DNA of 64,000 nt from an uncultured Thermoleophilia bacterium (GTDB lineage Bacteria; Actinomycetota; Thermoleophilia; UBA2241). Positions 20,276 to 29,715 of this stretch are shown piece after piece (the stretch's first letter is position 1; each line of letters begins with the position of its first letter). The position numbers were made by a program, and so were the translations under genes. The stretch covers positions 160,001 to 224,000 of the forward strand of contig CAVQSP010000011.1 of NCBI GenBank assembly GCA_963715985.1, written 5' to 3'. A model generated the notes under the pieces. The model was not told where the DNA came from. It ran no database searches and saw only the letters and a list, made by a program, of their open reading frames with translations.

Positions 20276-21337
20276 CTAGGCAGGTAGACGGTCTTGCCCC
20301 TCCTCCAATGAGTCGGAGGGGAGGGCCGGCGCCTGTTCGGCAGGGGCTTCCCCATCAGGGGTACGCCTCCGCCGCAGCCACGAGACCAGGTCTTCCAGGG
20401 CGCCGACGAAACCCTGCGGCATTAGCTCGATTGACACCGCAATCATGATGCCGAGCACGATCATCCTGTACTCCTCGAGGGCGTTCAGGTACTGGTTCAC
20501 GAACGTGAACAACAGTGCGCCGACAACCGCCCCCGGATACCGAGCAAGTCCACCCACGAAGAGCATCACCATCAGCAGAATGAAGAAGTCGAGCCCAAGG
20601 GTCTTCTGAGATATGCCACCCACGTAGTGGACATAGAAGGCGCCCGCCAAGCCCGTGAAGAACGCGGAGAGTGCAAACACCATGAGCTTCACCGCGTTCT
20701 CATTCACGCCGAGGCTCTTGACCAGCGCGTCAGCATCTCGGAGGGCTGTCATAGCCAAGCCCAGCCGTGAGTCCATGATGCGGAAGTAGATCGCGTACAC
20801 ACTTATGGCAGCCAGGCCCAAGGCGGCGTAGAACCAGACAGTCGGATCCAACGGGCTGAAGTGGTAGTCCCCGATGCTGAGCCCCGGGACGCCAAAGAGG
20901 CCCGCGGAACCACCCGTGCCGATCCGGTCTCCAAAGAGAATGAACGTCGGCAGGAGCAAGACCAAGGCATACGTGACCAGCGCGACGTACGCTCCCCGAA
21001 TCCTGAGACACGGGAGTCCGATCGCTACGCCGACACCGGCGGCAATGGCCGCGCCCATCAGCATGGTCAGCCACGGCGACAGCCCGAGCTGCAGAGACAT
21101 CATTGCAGAGCCGTAGGCGCCAACGACGAAGAAGGCCACTTGGCCGAAACTGAAGATGCCGGCGTATCCCGTGATCAAGTCCCAGCCAGCCACCACAACG
21201 ATGTAGATGAACGCGAGCACGAACGTGCCCAGTGTGTAGGGGTCACGGGTGACGAGCGGCACAACCGCAAGCGCAGCGAGTCCGAGGATGCTGATGCCGC
21301 TTCGTGAACGCCATCCAGTCAGGAGACGCGATTTCAT
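20276..21337 (-). CDS. branched-chain amino acid-type ABC permease (LivM-like)
   Basis: GYAGIFSFGQVAFF, YVALVT, SRLGLAMTALRD motifs. Confidence 0.9.
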   Translation of the reverse strand: MKSRLLTGWRSRSGISILGLAALAVVPLVTRDPYTLGTFVLAFIYIVVVAGWDLITGYAGIFSFGQVAFFVVGAYGSAMMSLQLGLSPWLTMLMGAAIAAGVGVAIGLPCLRIRGAYVALVTYALVLLLPTFILFGDRIGTGGSAGLFGVPGLSIGDYHFSPLDPTVWFYAALGLAAISVYAIYFRIMDSRLGLAMTALRDADALVKSLGVNENAVKLMVFALSAFFTGLAGAFYVHYVGGISQKTLGLDFFILLMVMLFVGGLARYPGAVVGALLFTFVNQYLNALEEYRMIVLGIMIAVSIELMPQGFVGALEDLVSWLRRRRTPDGEAPAEQAPALPSDSLEEGQDRLPA

Positions 21338-21379
21338 CCTTCCACTCCCACAGCTCCGCCAATCATCCGAAGCCTCACG

Positions 21380-22249
21380 TCAAGCCCATCTGCCAAGAAG
21401 CCCTTGCGGTCTCACAAGAAGCACGACGATGAGGGTGGCGAACCAAAAAGACATCGTGTAACTGGCCCCCAGCCTCCAGGTGATCAGCGCCTCACCGATT
21501 CCTAGGATGAAGGCTGCGAGTACCGCTCCCTTGACGCTCTCGAGCCCCCCCAGCACGACGATCACAAATGCCCTGAAGAAGGGGTCCCAGCCGCTGCTGG
21601 GTGAGATGAGGTAGACGGGGGCCAACAGGATGCCGGCAACTCCCGCAAGGACGGTCGAGATACCGAAGGCCAAGCCGAATATCCTGTTCAAGGGAATGCC
21701 GACGATCTGCGCCCCGATCATGTCCTGCGCGACCGCCCGCATTGCACGTCCCGACCAGGTCGAAGTCAGGTATGCCTCCAGAAGGACCATAGTGACGATT
21801 GCGCCGACCAGCATGGCCAGCGACTGATAGCCAATGACGAAACCGCCAACGCTGATCTGCCCAGTAAAGACCGGAGGCAGGGTCTTAACCAGGGGGCCGA
21901 AGACCAGCATAGCGAGGCTGTCGAGAGCCACGGCCAGCCCAAGGGTGACAATCATCGTCGTGATCTGCCATTGTGGGCGCCAGCGCAGCGGCCTTACGAG
22001 ACCACGCTCGAGCAGCATCCCTGCGACGAAAAGTACCGGCACGCTGAGGATGAACACGAGCGGGTACGGGAGTCCAAGCGCCCCGGCCGATAGCACCCAG
22101 GCGAGGTAGGCTCCCCACGTGAAGAACACGCCGTAGGAGAAGTTGAAGACGCGGGACACCCCGTAGACTAGCGCCAGCCCGATGGCGTTCACCGCGTACA
22201 CCGCCCCCAGGCCCACACCGCTGATGAGAACCTCAACTAGCTGACGCAC
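21380..22249 (-). CDS. branched-chain amino acid-type ABC permease (LivH-like)
   Basis: GLALVYGVSRVFNF, GRAMRAVAQD, VVLGGL, RPQGLLG; GTG start chosen. Confidence 0.9.
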   Translation of the reverse strand: MRQLVEVLISGVGLGAVYAVNAIGLALVYGVSRVFNFSYGVFFTWGAYLAWVLSAGALGLPYPLVFILSVPVLFVAGMLLERGLVRPLRWRPQWQITTMIVTLGLAVALDSLAMLVFGPLVKTLPPVFTGQISVGGFVIGYQSLAMLVGAIVTMVLLEAYLTSTWSGRAMRAVAQDMIGAQIVGIPLNRIFGLAFGISTVLAGVAGILLAPVYLISPSSGWDPFFRAFVIVVLGGLESVKGAVLAAFILGIGEALITWRLGASYTMSFWFATLIVVLLVRPQGLLGRWA

Positions 22250-22286
22250 TCCGTCCCACCATCCTTCTTCAATGACGAAGGCACAT

Positions 22287-22991
22287 TCACGTTCCGAGGA
22301 GCGTGCTCCTGACCCGCTGGTCTTCCAAGGCGAGACAGGCGTCACAGGAGAGGACTATCTCGCCTTCTTCCAGCAGGTAGACGCGGCCCGCCACCTCACA
22401 AGTCTTGGCCACGTTCTGCTCGACAAGCAGGACACCGATGCCCTGGGCGTTGATTGAGGCCAGAGCCGCGAAGATCTGCGAGATCAGCTTGGGGGCCAGG
22501 CCAAGGGACGGCTCGTCCACCGCAAGGAACCGTGCATCAGACATGATGCTGCGCCCGAGCGCCAGCATTTGAGCCTCGCCCCCGGAAAGCGTCCGTGCCA
22601 ACTGCTTCTGGCGCTCTTCCAGCCTGGGGAACAGCTCGAAGACGAGCACGAGATTCGTCGAAACGTTCTTGCGCGCCTTTCGCGTGAAGGCGCCCAGACG
22701 CAGGTTGTCCAGAACGGTCATCTCCGAGAACAGATTCCGCTGCTCTGGGACGTACACGAGGCCCATCTCGACGATGCGCTGGACGGGGAGGTCAGTCACG
22801 TCCATGCCATCGAACAGGACTCGTCCAGCCTTGGCGCGTTGAAGGCCACAGACAGTGCGCAGGAGGGTGCTCTTGCCGTGACCGTTCGGGCCGAGCAATG
22901 CGACGAATTCACCTTGGCCGACCTCGAGATCCACCCCTCGGAGGACCCTGTAGTCGCCGTAGCGCTGCTCCACGTGCTGGACCTCAAGCAT
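22287..22991 (-). CDS. ABC ATP-binding protein (LivF-like)
   Basis: GPNGHGKST, LSGGEAQM, DEPSLGLAP. Confidence 0.92.
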   Translation of the reverse strand: MLEVQHVEQRYGDYRVLRGVDLEVGQGEFVALLGPNGHGKSTLLRTVCGLQRAKAGRVLFDGMDVTDLPVQRIVEMGLVYVPEQRNLFSEMTVLDNLRLGAFTRKARKNVSTNLVLVFELFPRLEERQKQLARTLSGGEAQMLALGRSIMSDARFLAVDEPSLGLAPKLISQIFAALASINAQGIGVLLVEQNVAKTCEVAGRVYLLEEGEIVLSCDACLALEDQRVRSTLLGT

Positions 22992-23739
22992 ATGCTTCCG
23001 TCCCCAAGTAGAGATCCACCACCTGCGGATCTGCCAAGACGCTCTCCGGAGGACCCTCGGTTATGGATTGGCCTTGCTCGAGAATCAGCAATCGATCCGA
23101 GAGCTCTGCTAGCCTCCTCACGTGGTGCTCGATGACCACGAAGGTGATCCCGAGCTGCAATCTCAAGCGAGTAATGAGACTCCCCAATCCGGCGGCTTCC
23201 GAGGGCGCGAGCCCCCCCATGGGCTCGTCCAGCAGGATGAGGGACGGCCCGGTCGACAGGGCTGCGGCTAGAGCCGTCAGCTTCTGTTCGTACAGATTGA
23301 GGTGTTGGGTGGCCACGCATCGCCGCGCGACAATCCCGACCAGATCCATCGCGTCCGCGACGACGTCCGCGGTCTTGCCCCCCCGGTCTCCCCTGCCGAA
23401 CAAGGCCCCGATCTCGACGTTCTCTTCCACCGTCTTGGACGCGCACAGTATGGTCACCTGGAATGTGCGCGCGAGCCCCTTCCTGCAGATCTGATGAGGC
23501 TTGAGGCCGGCGATACTCTCCTCGCGAAAGACGCGCCGGCCCTTGGCGGACAGCTGTCCGCCTATCGCATTGAAGAGGGTGGACTTGCCGGCCCCGTTGG
23601 GGCCGGCAATTCCGAACACCTCTCCCGGCCATACGCTGAAGCTCACGTCATTGAGAGCGACTATTTCGTTGAAGCGGCGGGTGACATGCTCAACGCGGAG
23701 CAGAGGATGCCCGTCCTTTCTGTCTGGAACGCTAGCCAC
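22984..23739 (-). CDS. ABC ATP-binding protein (LivG-like)
   Basis: GPNGAGKST, LARTFQ, LLDEP, YLG. Confidence 0.9.
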   Translation of the reverse strand: MASVPDRKDGHPLLRVEHVTRRFNEIVALNDVSFSVWPGEVFGIAGPNGAGKSTLFNAIGGQLSAKGRRVFREESIAGLKPHQICRKGLARTFQVTILCASKTVEENVEIGALFGRGDRGGKTADVVADAMDLVGIVARRCVATQHLNLYEQKLTALAAALSTGPSLILLDEPMGGLAPSEAAGLGSLITRLRLQLGITFVVIEHHVRRLAELSDRLLILEQGQSITEGPPESVLADPQVVDLYLGTEAYA

Positions 23740-23772
23740 CGGAGTCGTCTCTGACGAGTGCCAAACTGGGTC

Positions 23773-25041
23773 CTATTGCTTGATCCACGAGGTTTCAATC
23801 CAGGGCGGCATCTGAAACTCGCCAGCCTCTTCAGTGCCGAGGAAGATGAGGACGGGCTCGCCGTTCTGGATTTGGTAGAAGTGCATCGGCAGTGTGTCGT
23901 TCCCTTCAGGCACGTAGTTGCCTTCGACGAACGTGTATGTTCCGTTCACCCCCACGTAGTTAAGCGTCTTGATGGTGTCGCAGATTGCCTCGTAGTCGTC
24001 CGGATCGCCGACGGAATTGGCCGCCGCTGCCCACAACATCAGCCCGTCGTAGCAGGTACCCAATATGCTGAGGCCCGGCGGCTCGCCGTACTTGTCTTCA
24101 AAGCGCTGTACGAAGTCATCGTTCTCGGGAATCGGCAAGATGCTGTTAGTCGCGTCTCCGAGGGCTCCGATGCCTGCTTCACCCACGATGTCCGCAAACT
24201 CGGGAATGGACAGGCCGTAGCCGAGCTCAACGATCGATTGTGTGGGCTGCTGTCTAAACTGCTCCATGAAGGTCTTGAGATCCGGCGCTGCCATAACGCT
24301 CACGTTGATCACTGCTGGGTTGATGTCGCGAATCTTCGCAAGCACAGATCCCCATTCACGAGTCCCGTAGGGGAACTTCTGGAACAGCGCTACCTCCCAG
24401 CCTGCCGCCTTTGCGGCCTCCGCTATACCCTCCCCTACTCCGGTGTCCCATTCGAAGTCGGCAGCCAGAATCGCGATCTTGTTATTGGGGAAGTCGAGAC
24501 CGATGCGATTGACGATGAGGTCGAACGTGAGCTCTCCGTATGGTTTCTCCACGTCCCCGAGCATGAAGATGTTCTTGTAGCCGGCCTCCTTGACCATGTC
24601 GACTGTCAGCTGTGATCCATCGAAGTGCAGGTACGGTTGTGGGTACTTGCCGAAAGCCGGAATATCTGGTCCCATACCCCCGTAGCCCGTGACGTTGACG
24701 CTGACCCGATCCTTTCCGTTGAGTTTCTGAGCTGCTGCTACCAGGATCTCGGCCGATTCGTCTTTGATATCGTAGATGTCAAGCTCGAGCTGACGCCCGG
24801 CCACGCCGCCGGCCGCGTTGATGTCTGCTACCGCCATCTCCAGTCCCCGCTGCATGGTTTCGCCGTCGGCCGCATAGGGCCCGGTCAGCGGCAACGGAGC
24901 CCCGACGAGAATCGGCGTCGCGTTCTCTGATGACCCTTCAGACGACGCTGACTCCGTGCTGTCGGAGCCGCAGCCGCCGGCTACGAGCAGCGCTCCGAAA
25001 AGAGCTGCAAGAAGCACCGTGCCTGCCAATCGTAGTCTCAT
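23773..25041 (-). CDS. ABC substrate-binding lipoprotein (LivJ fold)
   Basis: AGGC lipobox, PLTGPYA, INAAGGVAGR. Confidence 0.9.
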   Translation of the reverse strand: MRLRLAGTVLLAALFGALLVAGGCGSDSTESASSEGSSENATPILVGAPLPLTGPYAADGETMQRGLEMAVADINAAGGVAGRQLELDIYDIKDESAEILVAAAQKLNGKDRVSVNVTGYGGMGPDIPAFGKYPQPYLHFDGSQLTVDMVKEAGYKNIFMLGDVEKPYGELTFDLIVNRIGLDFPNNKIAILAADFEWDTGVGEGIAEAAKAAGWEVALFQKFPYGTREWGSVLAKIRDINPAVINVSVMAAPDLKTFMEQFRQQPTQSIVELGYGLSIPEFADIVGEAGIGALGDATNSILPIPENDDFVQRFEDKYGEPPGLSILGTCYDGLMLWAAAANSVGDPDDYEAICDTIKTLNYVGVNGTYTFVEGNYVPEGNDTLPMHFYQIQNGEPVLIFLGTEEAGEFQMPPWIETSWIKQ

Positions 25042-25055
25042 AGCTACCCCCCCAG

Positions 25056-26471
25056 TCAGGCGAACCGTAGGCCGACCTTCTCGAGATTCTCCTTCCGGCG
25101 CTCCCAGAGCCGGACGTACTCATCGGTTGGCGCCAGCTCCGGCAACTCGTAGCAGTCCATGAAGCTCATGCCGAGCGGCGCCTGGCCGGCGGCGATGGGC
25201 TTCTCGTAGCGATTGAGAAGCTGCACCACCATGGCGTTGGCCTCTTCGAGGCCTATGCCTGCGGCCGCCTCGCTGATCTCGCGCAGAATCCGCGCCTCCA
25301 TGCCCGTCACGTGGTCGACTGTCTTCATCTTCGCGCCGCAGGCACCGTACAAGGCGGTCACGCCAGCAGCCGTCTGCGCGATGGCCTGAGCCGCAATCTC
25401 GTCGCAGATCATCTCGGTGCACGGCCCGGCCGCAGGGCCCACGTACATGTCCACCAGGACGGGGACGCCGGCGGCCCTCAGGGCGAGGATGCAGGTGGTC
25501 GCGAACCAGAGCGTCTGGCGATCGGTCGTGGTGCCGCTGTAGAGGCTCTGTGGGTACCAGACGAAGTTGGCCGGGTCGCAGACCACGAAACCGGCGATGG
25601 CTTCTGCCACTCCAGTGATCGCCGTGCCCTCGGCGCCACCGCTGTAGCCACCGAAAAGCGGACAGGAGCACGCCTCGACGATGTTCCCGAGGTACTTGTT
25701 GTGCATGACCTTGCTGATCAAGTCATAGTCCATCTTGAGTTCATTGAGGAAGACGACGAGGTGAGGGTCGCTGGGCCGCAGCCCGCCCGGAAAATCGCCG
25801 GCATCCTGCGCCTCACTTGTGACGCCGGACATGATGCCGACGATGCCGAGCCCCGGCTTGCCGGCGTCCTCCGCTGCCTGCCGAGTCCACAGCGCCTCCT
25901 TCTTGCAGGCGAGGATCTCGATGGGCGTGTGCGCCTTGGTGGGCACACCCAGGATGTCCTGCAGAGCGCCAGTGTGGAGACCATCGACCTCCTCCTGCGC
26001 GACGCTCGTCATGATCGGGAGGAAGTACTCCTCACTCTGCGGACAGCCATTCGGCCCCCCCTTGACCAGGGGCCGGCGAGCATCGCCGATATCTCTCGCC
26101 ACGGCCTCGACGGTTTCAGCACCGGCGCCGAAGAGGTGCGTTGAGGGGGCGCGCCTCAACGCGCTCTCGATCTCGTCACGGGTGATCGAGATGGTCGTTT
26201 CCGTGCTGATGTTGTAGAGGCCCACGCTGGCCAGTAGCTCCACGGCCGCCTCAAACACACGCTTGGCCATCTGCAGGTCCTGCAGGACGACCTCATCTGG
26301 GTCGAAGCGGATCTGGTACTCCTCTTTGAGCTCACGGAGTCTCGCCGGAAGGATCCTGCTGTCGAACTCCTTCTCCGGCACGCTCTTCCCGCCTGTTGAC
26401 CTCAGGTAGAAGTCGGCGACGTTGTCAATATGGTCGTACGAGGATTTCTCGACGTCGATAGCCACGTTCAC
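25056..26471 (-). CDS. mtmB: monomethylamine:corrinoid methyltransferase family protein, non-pyrrolysine
   Basis: MtmB-like motifs (GGPNG, GKPGLGIVG, NELKMDY, GGYSGGAEG, AGPCTEM, TGMEAR); Val where MtmB has Pyl. Confidence 0.82.
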   Translation of the reverse strand: MNVAIDVEKSSYDHIDNVADFYLRSTGGKSVPEKEFDSRILPARLRELKEEYQIRFDPDEVVLQDLQMAKRVFEAAVELLASVGLYNISTETTISITRDEIESALRRAPSTHLFGAGAETVEAVARDIGDARRPLVKGGPNGCPQSEEYFLPIMTSVAQEEVDGLHTGALQDILGVPTKAHTPIEILACKKEALWTRQAAEDAGKPGLGIVGIMSGVTSEAQDAGDFPGGLRPSDPHLVVFLNELKMDYDLISKVMHNKYLGNIVEACSCPLFGGYSGGAEGTAITGVAEAIAGFVVCDPANFVWYPQSLYSGTTTDRQTLWFATTCILALRAAGVPVLVDMYVGPAAGPCTEMICDEIAAQAIAQTAAGVTALYGACGAKMKTVDHVTGMEARILREISEAAAGIGLEEANAMVVQLLNRYEKPIAAGQAPLGMSFMDCYELPELAPTDEYVRLWERRKENLEKVGLRFA

Positions 26472-26477
26472 AGCCTC

Positions 26478-27149
26478 CTAAGCCTGGAGTGACGAGATGC
26501 CGCGCACTTCCAAGGCCATCGCCTCAGCGAGGCGAGCTGCACCCACCGCGTCCTCCGCCGTCCCGTCGGCCCCGATGTGCGCAGCCCACTCCGCCGTCAC
26601 GGGCGCGCCACCGACGATGACAGCGCAGTGTTCCCTGATGCCCGCCTTCGTCGCCTCATCGATGACATCGCTCATGCCCTGCATGGTGCTGGTCATGAGC
26701 GCCGAGATGCCGATGACATCGGCCTTGACCTCGACTGCCTTCTCGACGAACGCCTTCGCCGGTACATCGCGCCCCAGGTCGTGGACCTCGAAGCCGCTGA
26801 CCTCGAGAAACGAGGCCACGATGGTCTTGCCGATGTCGTGCACGTCGAACTGAATGGTCCCGAGCACGACCACGCCTTTGCGCGGTCTCTCACCCGAATC
26901 CGAGTTCTTCAACGCCGGCCCCACGACATCGACGGCCGCCTTCATAGCGTCCGCCGAGAGGATCATCTCCGGGAGGAAGAGCTCCATCCGTTCGAAGCGG
27001 TCGCCGACCTCCTTCATCCCCGGGGTCAACGCCTTGTCGACGATGTCTGCCGCCGTGATGCCGGCGTCCAGCGCCTCTCGGACAGCTTTGGCCAGGCCCT
27101 GTTCATCTCCATCGATGACGAGGCCGCGCATTCTCTCAAGATCATTCAC
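26478..27149 (-). CDS. cognate corrinoid (B12-binding) protein
   Basis: LFLPEM, DVHDIGK, DLGRDV, SALMTST, VGGAP; GTG start after a G-rich RBS. Confidence 0.92.
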   Translation of the reverse strand: MNDLERMRGLVIDGDEQGLAKAVREALDAGITAADIVDKALTPGMKEVGDRFERMELFLPEMILSADAMKAAVDVVGPALKNSDSGERPRKGVVVLGTIQFDVHDIGKTIVASFLEVSGFEVHDLGRDVPAKAFVEKAVEVKADVIGISALMTSTMQGMSDVIDEATKAGIREHCAVIVGGAPVTAEWAAHIGADGTAEDAVGAARLAEAMALEVRGISSLQA

Positions 27150-27363
27150 TCCCCCACCTCCGCTCTCGAGCTGCTCCACCGAGTGCGCCCCACGTGTCGT
27201 AGCGCATCCGTCCGTGAGCCGACCATAGGGACAGTGTCCGCATTGCACCACGACCCAGAGGATGCGGGTGAGCGGGGTATGTGGAGAGAATGACGAGTGT
27301 CGGCCGACGGTCAGGAGGGGGGTCATCGGCCGCCCGAGCGGCAGCCGTCTGGCGGGGGCGTCG

Positions 27364-29067
27364 CTAGCCGGTCGGCGGGGCGGTTCGACTCTTGGGAGAG
27401 ACGATCTGGTACACGACCTCGATCTCCAATGATTCATGACGGCGTCGATACAGCCTGTAGCCAACGAGCAATGCGAACGCGAAACCATAGAGACCGGCAA
27501 CGAGCAGCCACACGTGCATGGGATTGCCGCCGAGAGCGAGCCCGCTGTCCACGGCGAATCGCCAAGCCGAGAACGCGATGAAGGCGACGAACGCGCAGCC
27601 ACAGACGGTGATCAGGGGCACACGCAGAATCTCGTAGGGTGCCGCCGTTGAGTGACGGTACGTTTCTCGACGCGCATAGGGGAGGCAGGCCGCCAGCGCG
27701 CACGTGAGCGCAAAGGCCAACCCATTAAGCAGCGTCTCGGCCATGCTCAGCCGCCAGACATCTGTATAGCAGTACGCAGCAGTCGGCACGAGGCTGAGAA
27801 GGCCAAATGCCAGGACCGCGTGAAGGGGGATGCCGTCGTCACCCGACATCTGGCCGAACCAGCTCGGCAGGCTTCCGTGTCTGGACATCACCATGAGTAC
27901 GCGCGACGCAGCCAGCGGGATGTCGGGCACCCACATCCAGAACATAGCACCGAAGAACGCGAGGAGGCACAGCGCTGCGATACCCGCCGGCCACAGTTCG
28001 CCATCGAAGAACCAGAAGATTGGCAGCGTGGGCAGAGGGAGCGCTGCGGGATCAGTGAGGAACAGGTACGATCCGGCCGCAAGGACGGCGTCTCCAATCC
28101 GCGCTGTCATGAGCCAAACGACACCCGCGGACGCCAGCACGATGATGATCTCCGCACCTAACATCGTGAGTAGTTGGCTCCTGAGCCTCCCCGCATCCCG
28201 CATCTCTCCGACGTGATGGACGCTCCAGGCAGGGTAGATGAGCGGGAATGCAGCCACCGGCAGCAACGCCAGAACCTGACCTACGCCGTGGGGCCCGGCC
28301 ACGAGACGATGGCCATGCTCGCCCGCGGACCGCAGGACCGCAATCGATGTCTGCGAATCGATTATGCCTTTCGCTGGGGCCACGAGAATCATGGCAGAGA
28401 GAATCAACAGCGCAGCGCTGCCGACAGTCCAAAGAAGGCGCTGAAGTCGCACGTAGCTCTTCGGACTGCGGACATTCATGAGCAGCGCCCAAGCGATGAC
28501 GATCAGTGACAGCAGGAGCATCCCCGTGCCCGATTGCACCCAGACCCCAATCGCCTCGAGCCGGGAGGAGCCGACGAGCTGCCCCACGATGACGAACGCC
28601 GGTCCGACGACGACATTGCCGGCCAGCCAACAGGCGATGGCCATCCAGAACGCCCCACCGAATACGATGCACGCGAGGCCGACGACGGAGCCCAATGTGC
28701 TGGAGAACAGGCGGCTTTGGAAGTAGTAGTCACCGCCGCTGTGCGGCATCGAGGAAGCCAGGAACGCGTACACCGTCGCCTGGGCTCCGCAGAACAGCCC
28801 ACCGATGAGGCAAGCGACCGGGAAGCTCCCACCAGCATAGAAGGCGAATGCGGCCAGGAGAGGGATCACCAGCATGATCGCAGGGTTCATCGACATGACG
28901 TTGTACGCGAGGGCGTCGTAGGTTCCCCATGCGCGCAGGACCCGCGGAGCGCGATGGAACGCCACGACAGGCTTGCCAGCTTCGGTGCCGCTGGAGCCCC
29001 ATCTGGTGGCCTCGAACGTCGGCCCCGTTTCGTCTACGGACAGCGTCCCTGGTCTACGTGTCATCAA
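27364..29067 (-). CDS. APC-family amino acid/amine permease
   Basis: ~12 TM segments, MPHSGGDY motif. Confidence 0.8.
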   Translation of the reverse strand: MMTRRPGTLSVDETGPTFEATRWGSSGTEAGKPVVAFHRAPRVLRAWGTYDALAYNVMSMNPAIMLVIPLLAAFAFYAGGSFPVACLIGGLFCGAQATVYAFLASSMPHSGGDYYFQSRLFSSTLGSVVGLACIVFGGAFWMAIACWLAGNVVVGPAFVIVGQLVGSSRLEAIGVWVQSGTGMLLLSLIVIAWALLMNVRSPKSYVRLQRLLWTVGSAALLILSAMILVAPAKGIIDSQTSIAVLRSAGEHGHRLVAGPHGVGQVLALLPVAAFPLIYPAWSVHHVGEMRDAGRLRSQLLTMLGAEIIIVLASAGVVWLMTARIGDAVLAAGSYLFLTDPAALPLPTLPIFWFFDGELWPAGIAALCLLAFFGAMFWMWVPDIPLAASRVLMVMSRHGSLPSWFGQMSGDDGIPLHAVLAFGLLSLVPTAAYCYTDVWRLSMAETLLNGLAFALTCALAACLPYARRETYRHSTAAPYEILRVPLITVCGCAFVAFIAFSAWRFAVDSGLALGGNPMHVWLLVAGLYGFAFALLVGYRLYRRRHESLEIEVVYQIVSPKSRTAPPTG

Positions 29068-29695
29068 GCAGACCCTTGCGCAGCGCCGTGGCTACGGCGT
29101 GTGCGCGATCTGAGACCTCGAGCTTGCGATAGACATTCTCTAGATGGTCCTTGACGGTCGCAATGCTCAGGAACATGAGTTGGGCGATCTGGCGATTGGA
29201 ATGCCCATCCGCAATTAGCCGAAGAATCTCGAGCTCTCGAGAGGTCAGCAGGGTCCTGTCTCGCTGGTGCTCGTCCTCCTTCAGAAACGCCTGGACGACC
29301 ACCTCGTCGAAGCGCTGACCTCCTCGAGCCACACTCCGGATTGCTGAGAGCAGTTCCTCCGGCAACGCACTCTTCAGAACGTAACCATCAGCTCCGCCAC
29401 GCACCGCGCCGAGAACGAGATCATCGTCGCCGTGAGCTGTCAGGACAATGACGTGCGGTGGAGCACGCATCGCTCGAATGTGTGACAGCACCTCGAGCCC
29501 GTTCATCCCCGGCATCTGCAGATCCAAGAGAACGAGATCTGGTGTAGACCGTGTGATCTCCTCCAAGGCATCGGGGCCGTTGCCAGCTGACCCAACCACC
29601 TCGACGTCGGCATAGCCACGGAGAAGCGCCACGAGCCCGTGTCGGACTACGTCGTGGTCTTCTACAACTAGCAGACGAACCACTGGCTCCGCCAT
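29054..29695 (-). CDS. NarL/LuxR-family response regulator
   Basis: VEDH, LLDLQMP, LTSRELEIL..SNRQIA HTH. Confidence 0.93.
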   Translation of the reverse strand: MAEPVVRLLVVEDHDVVRHGLVALLRGYADVEVVGSAGNGPDALEEITRSTPDLVLLDLQMPGMNGLEVLSHIRAMRAPPHVIVLTAHGDDDLVLGAVRGGADGYVLKSALPEELLSAIRSVARGGQRFDEVVVQAFLKEDEHQRDRTLLTSRELEILRLIADGHSNRQIAQLMFLSIATVKDHLENVYRKLEVSDRAHAVATALRKGLLDDT

Positions 29696-29715
29696 GCTTC
29701 GGCCTCCCCACGCCC

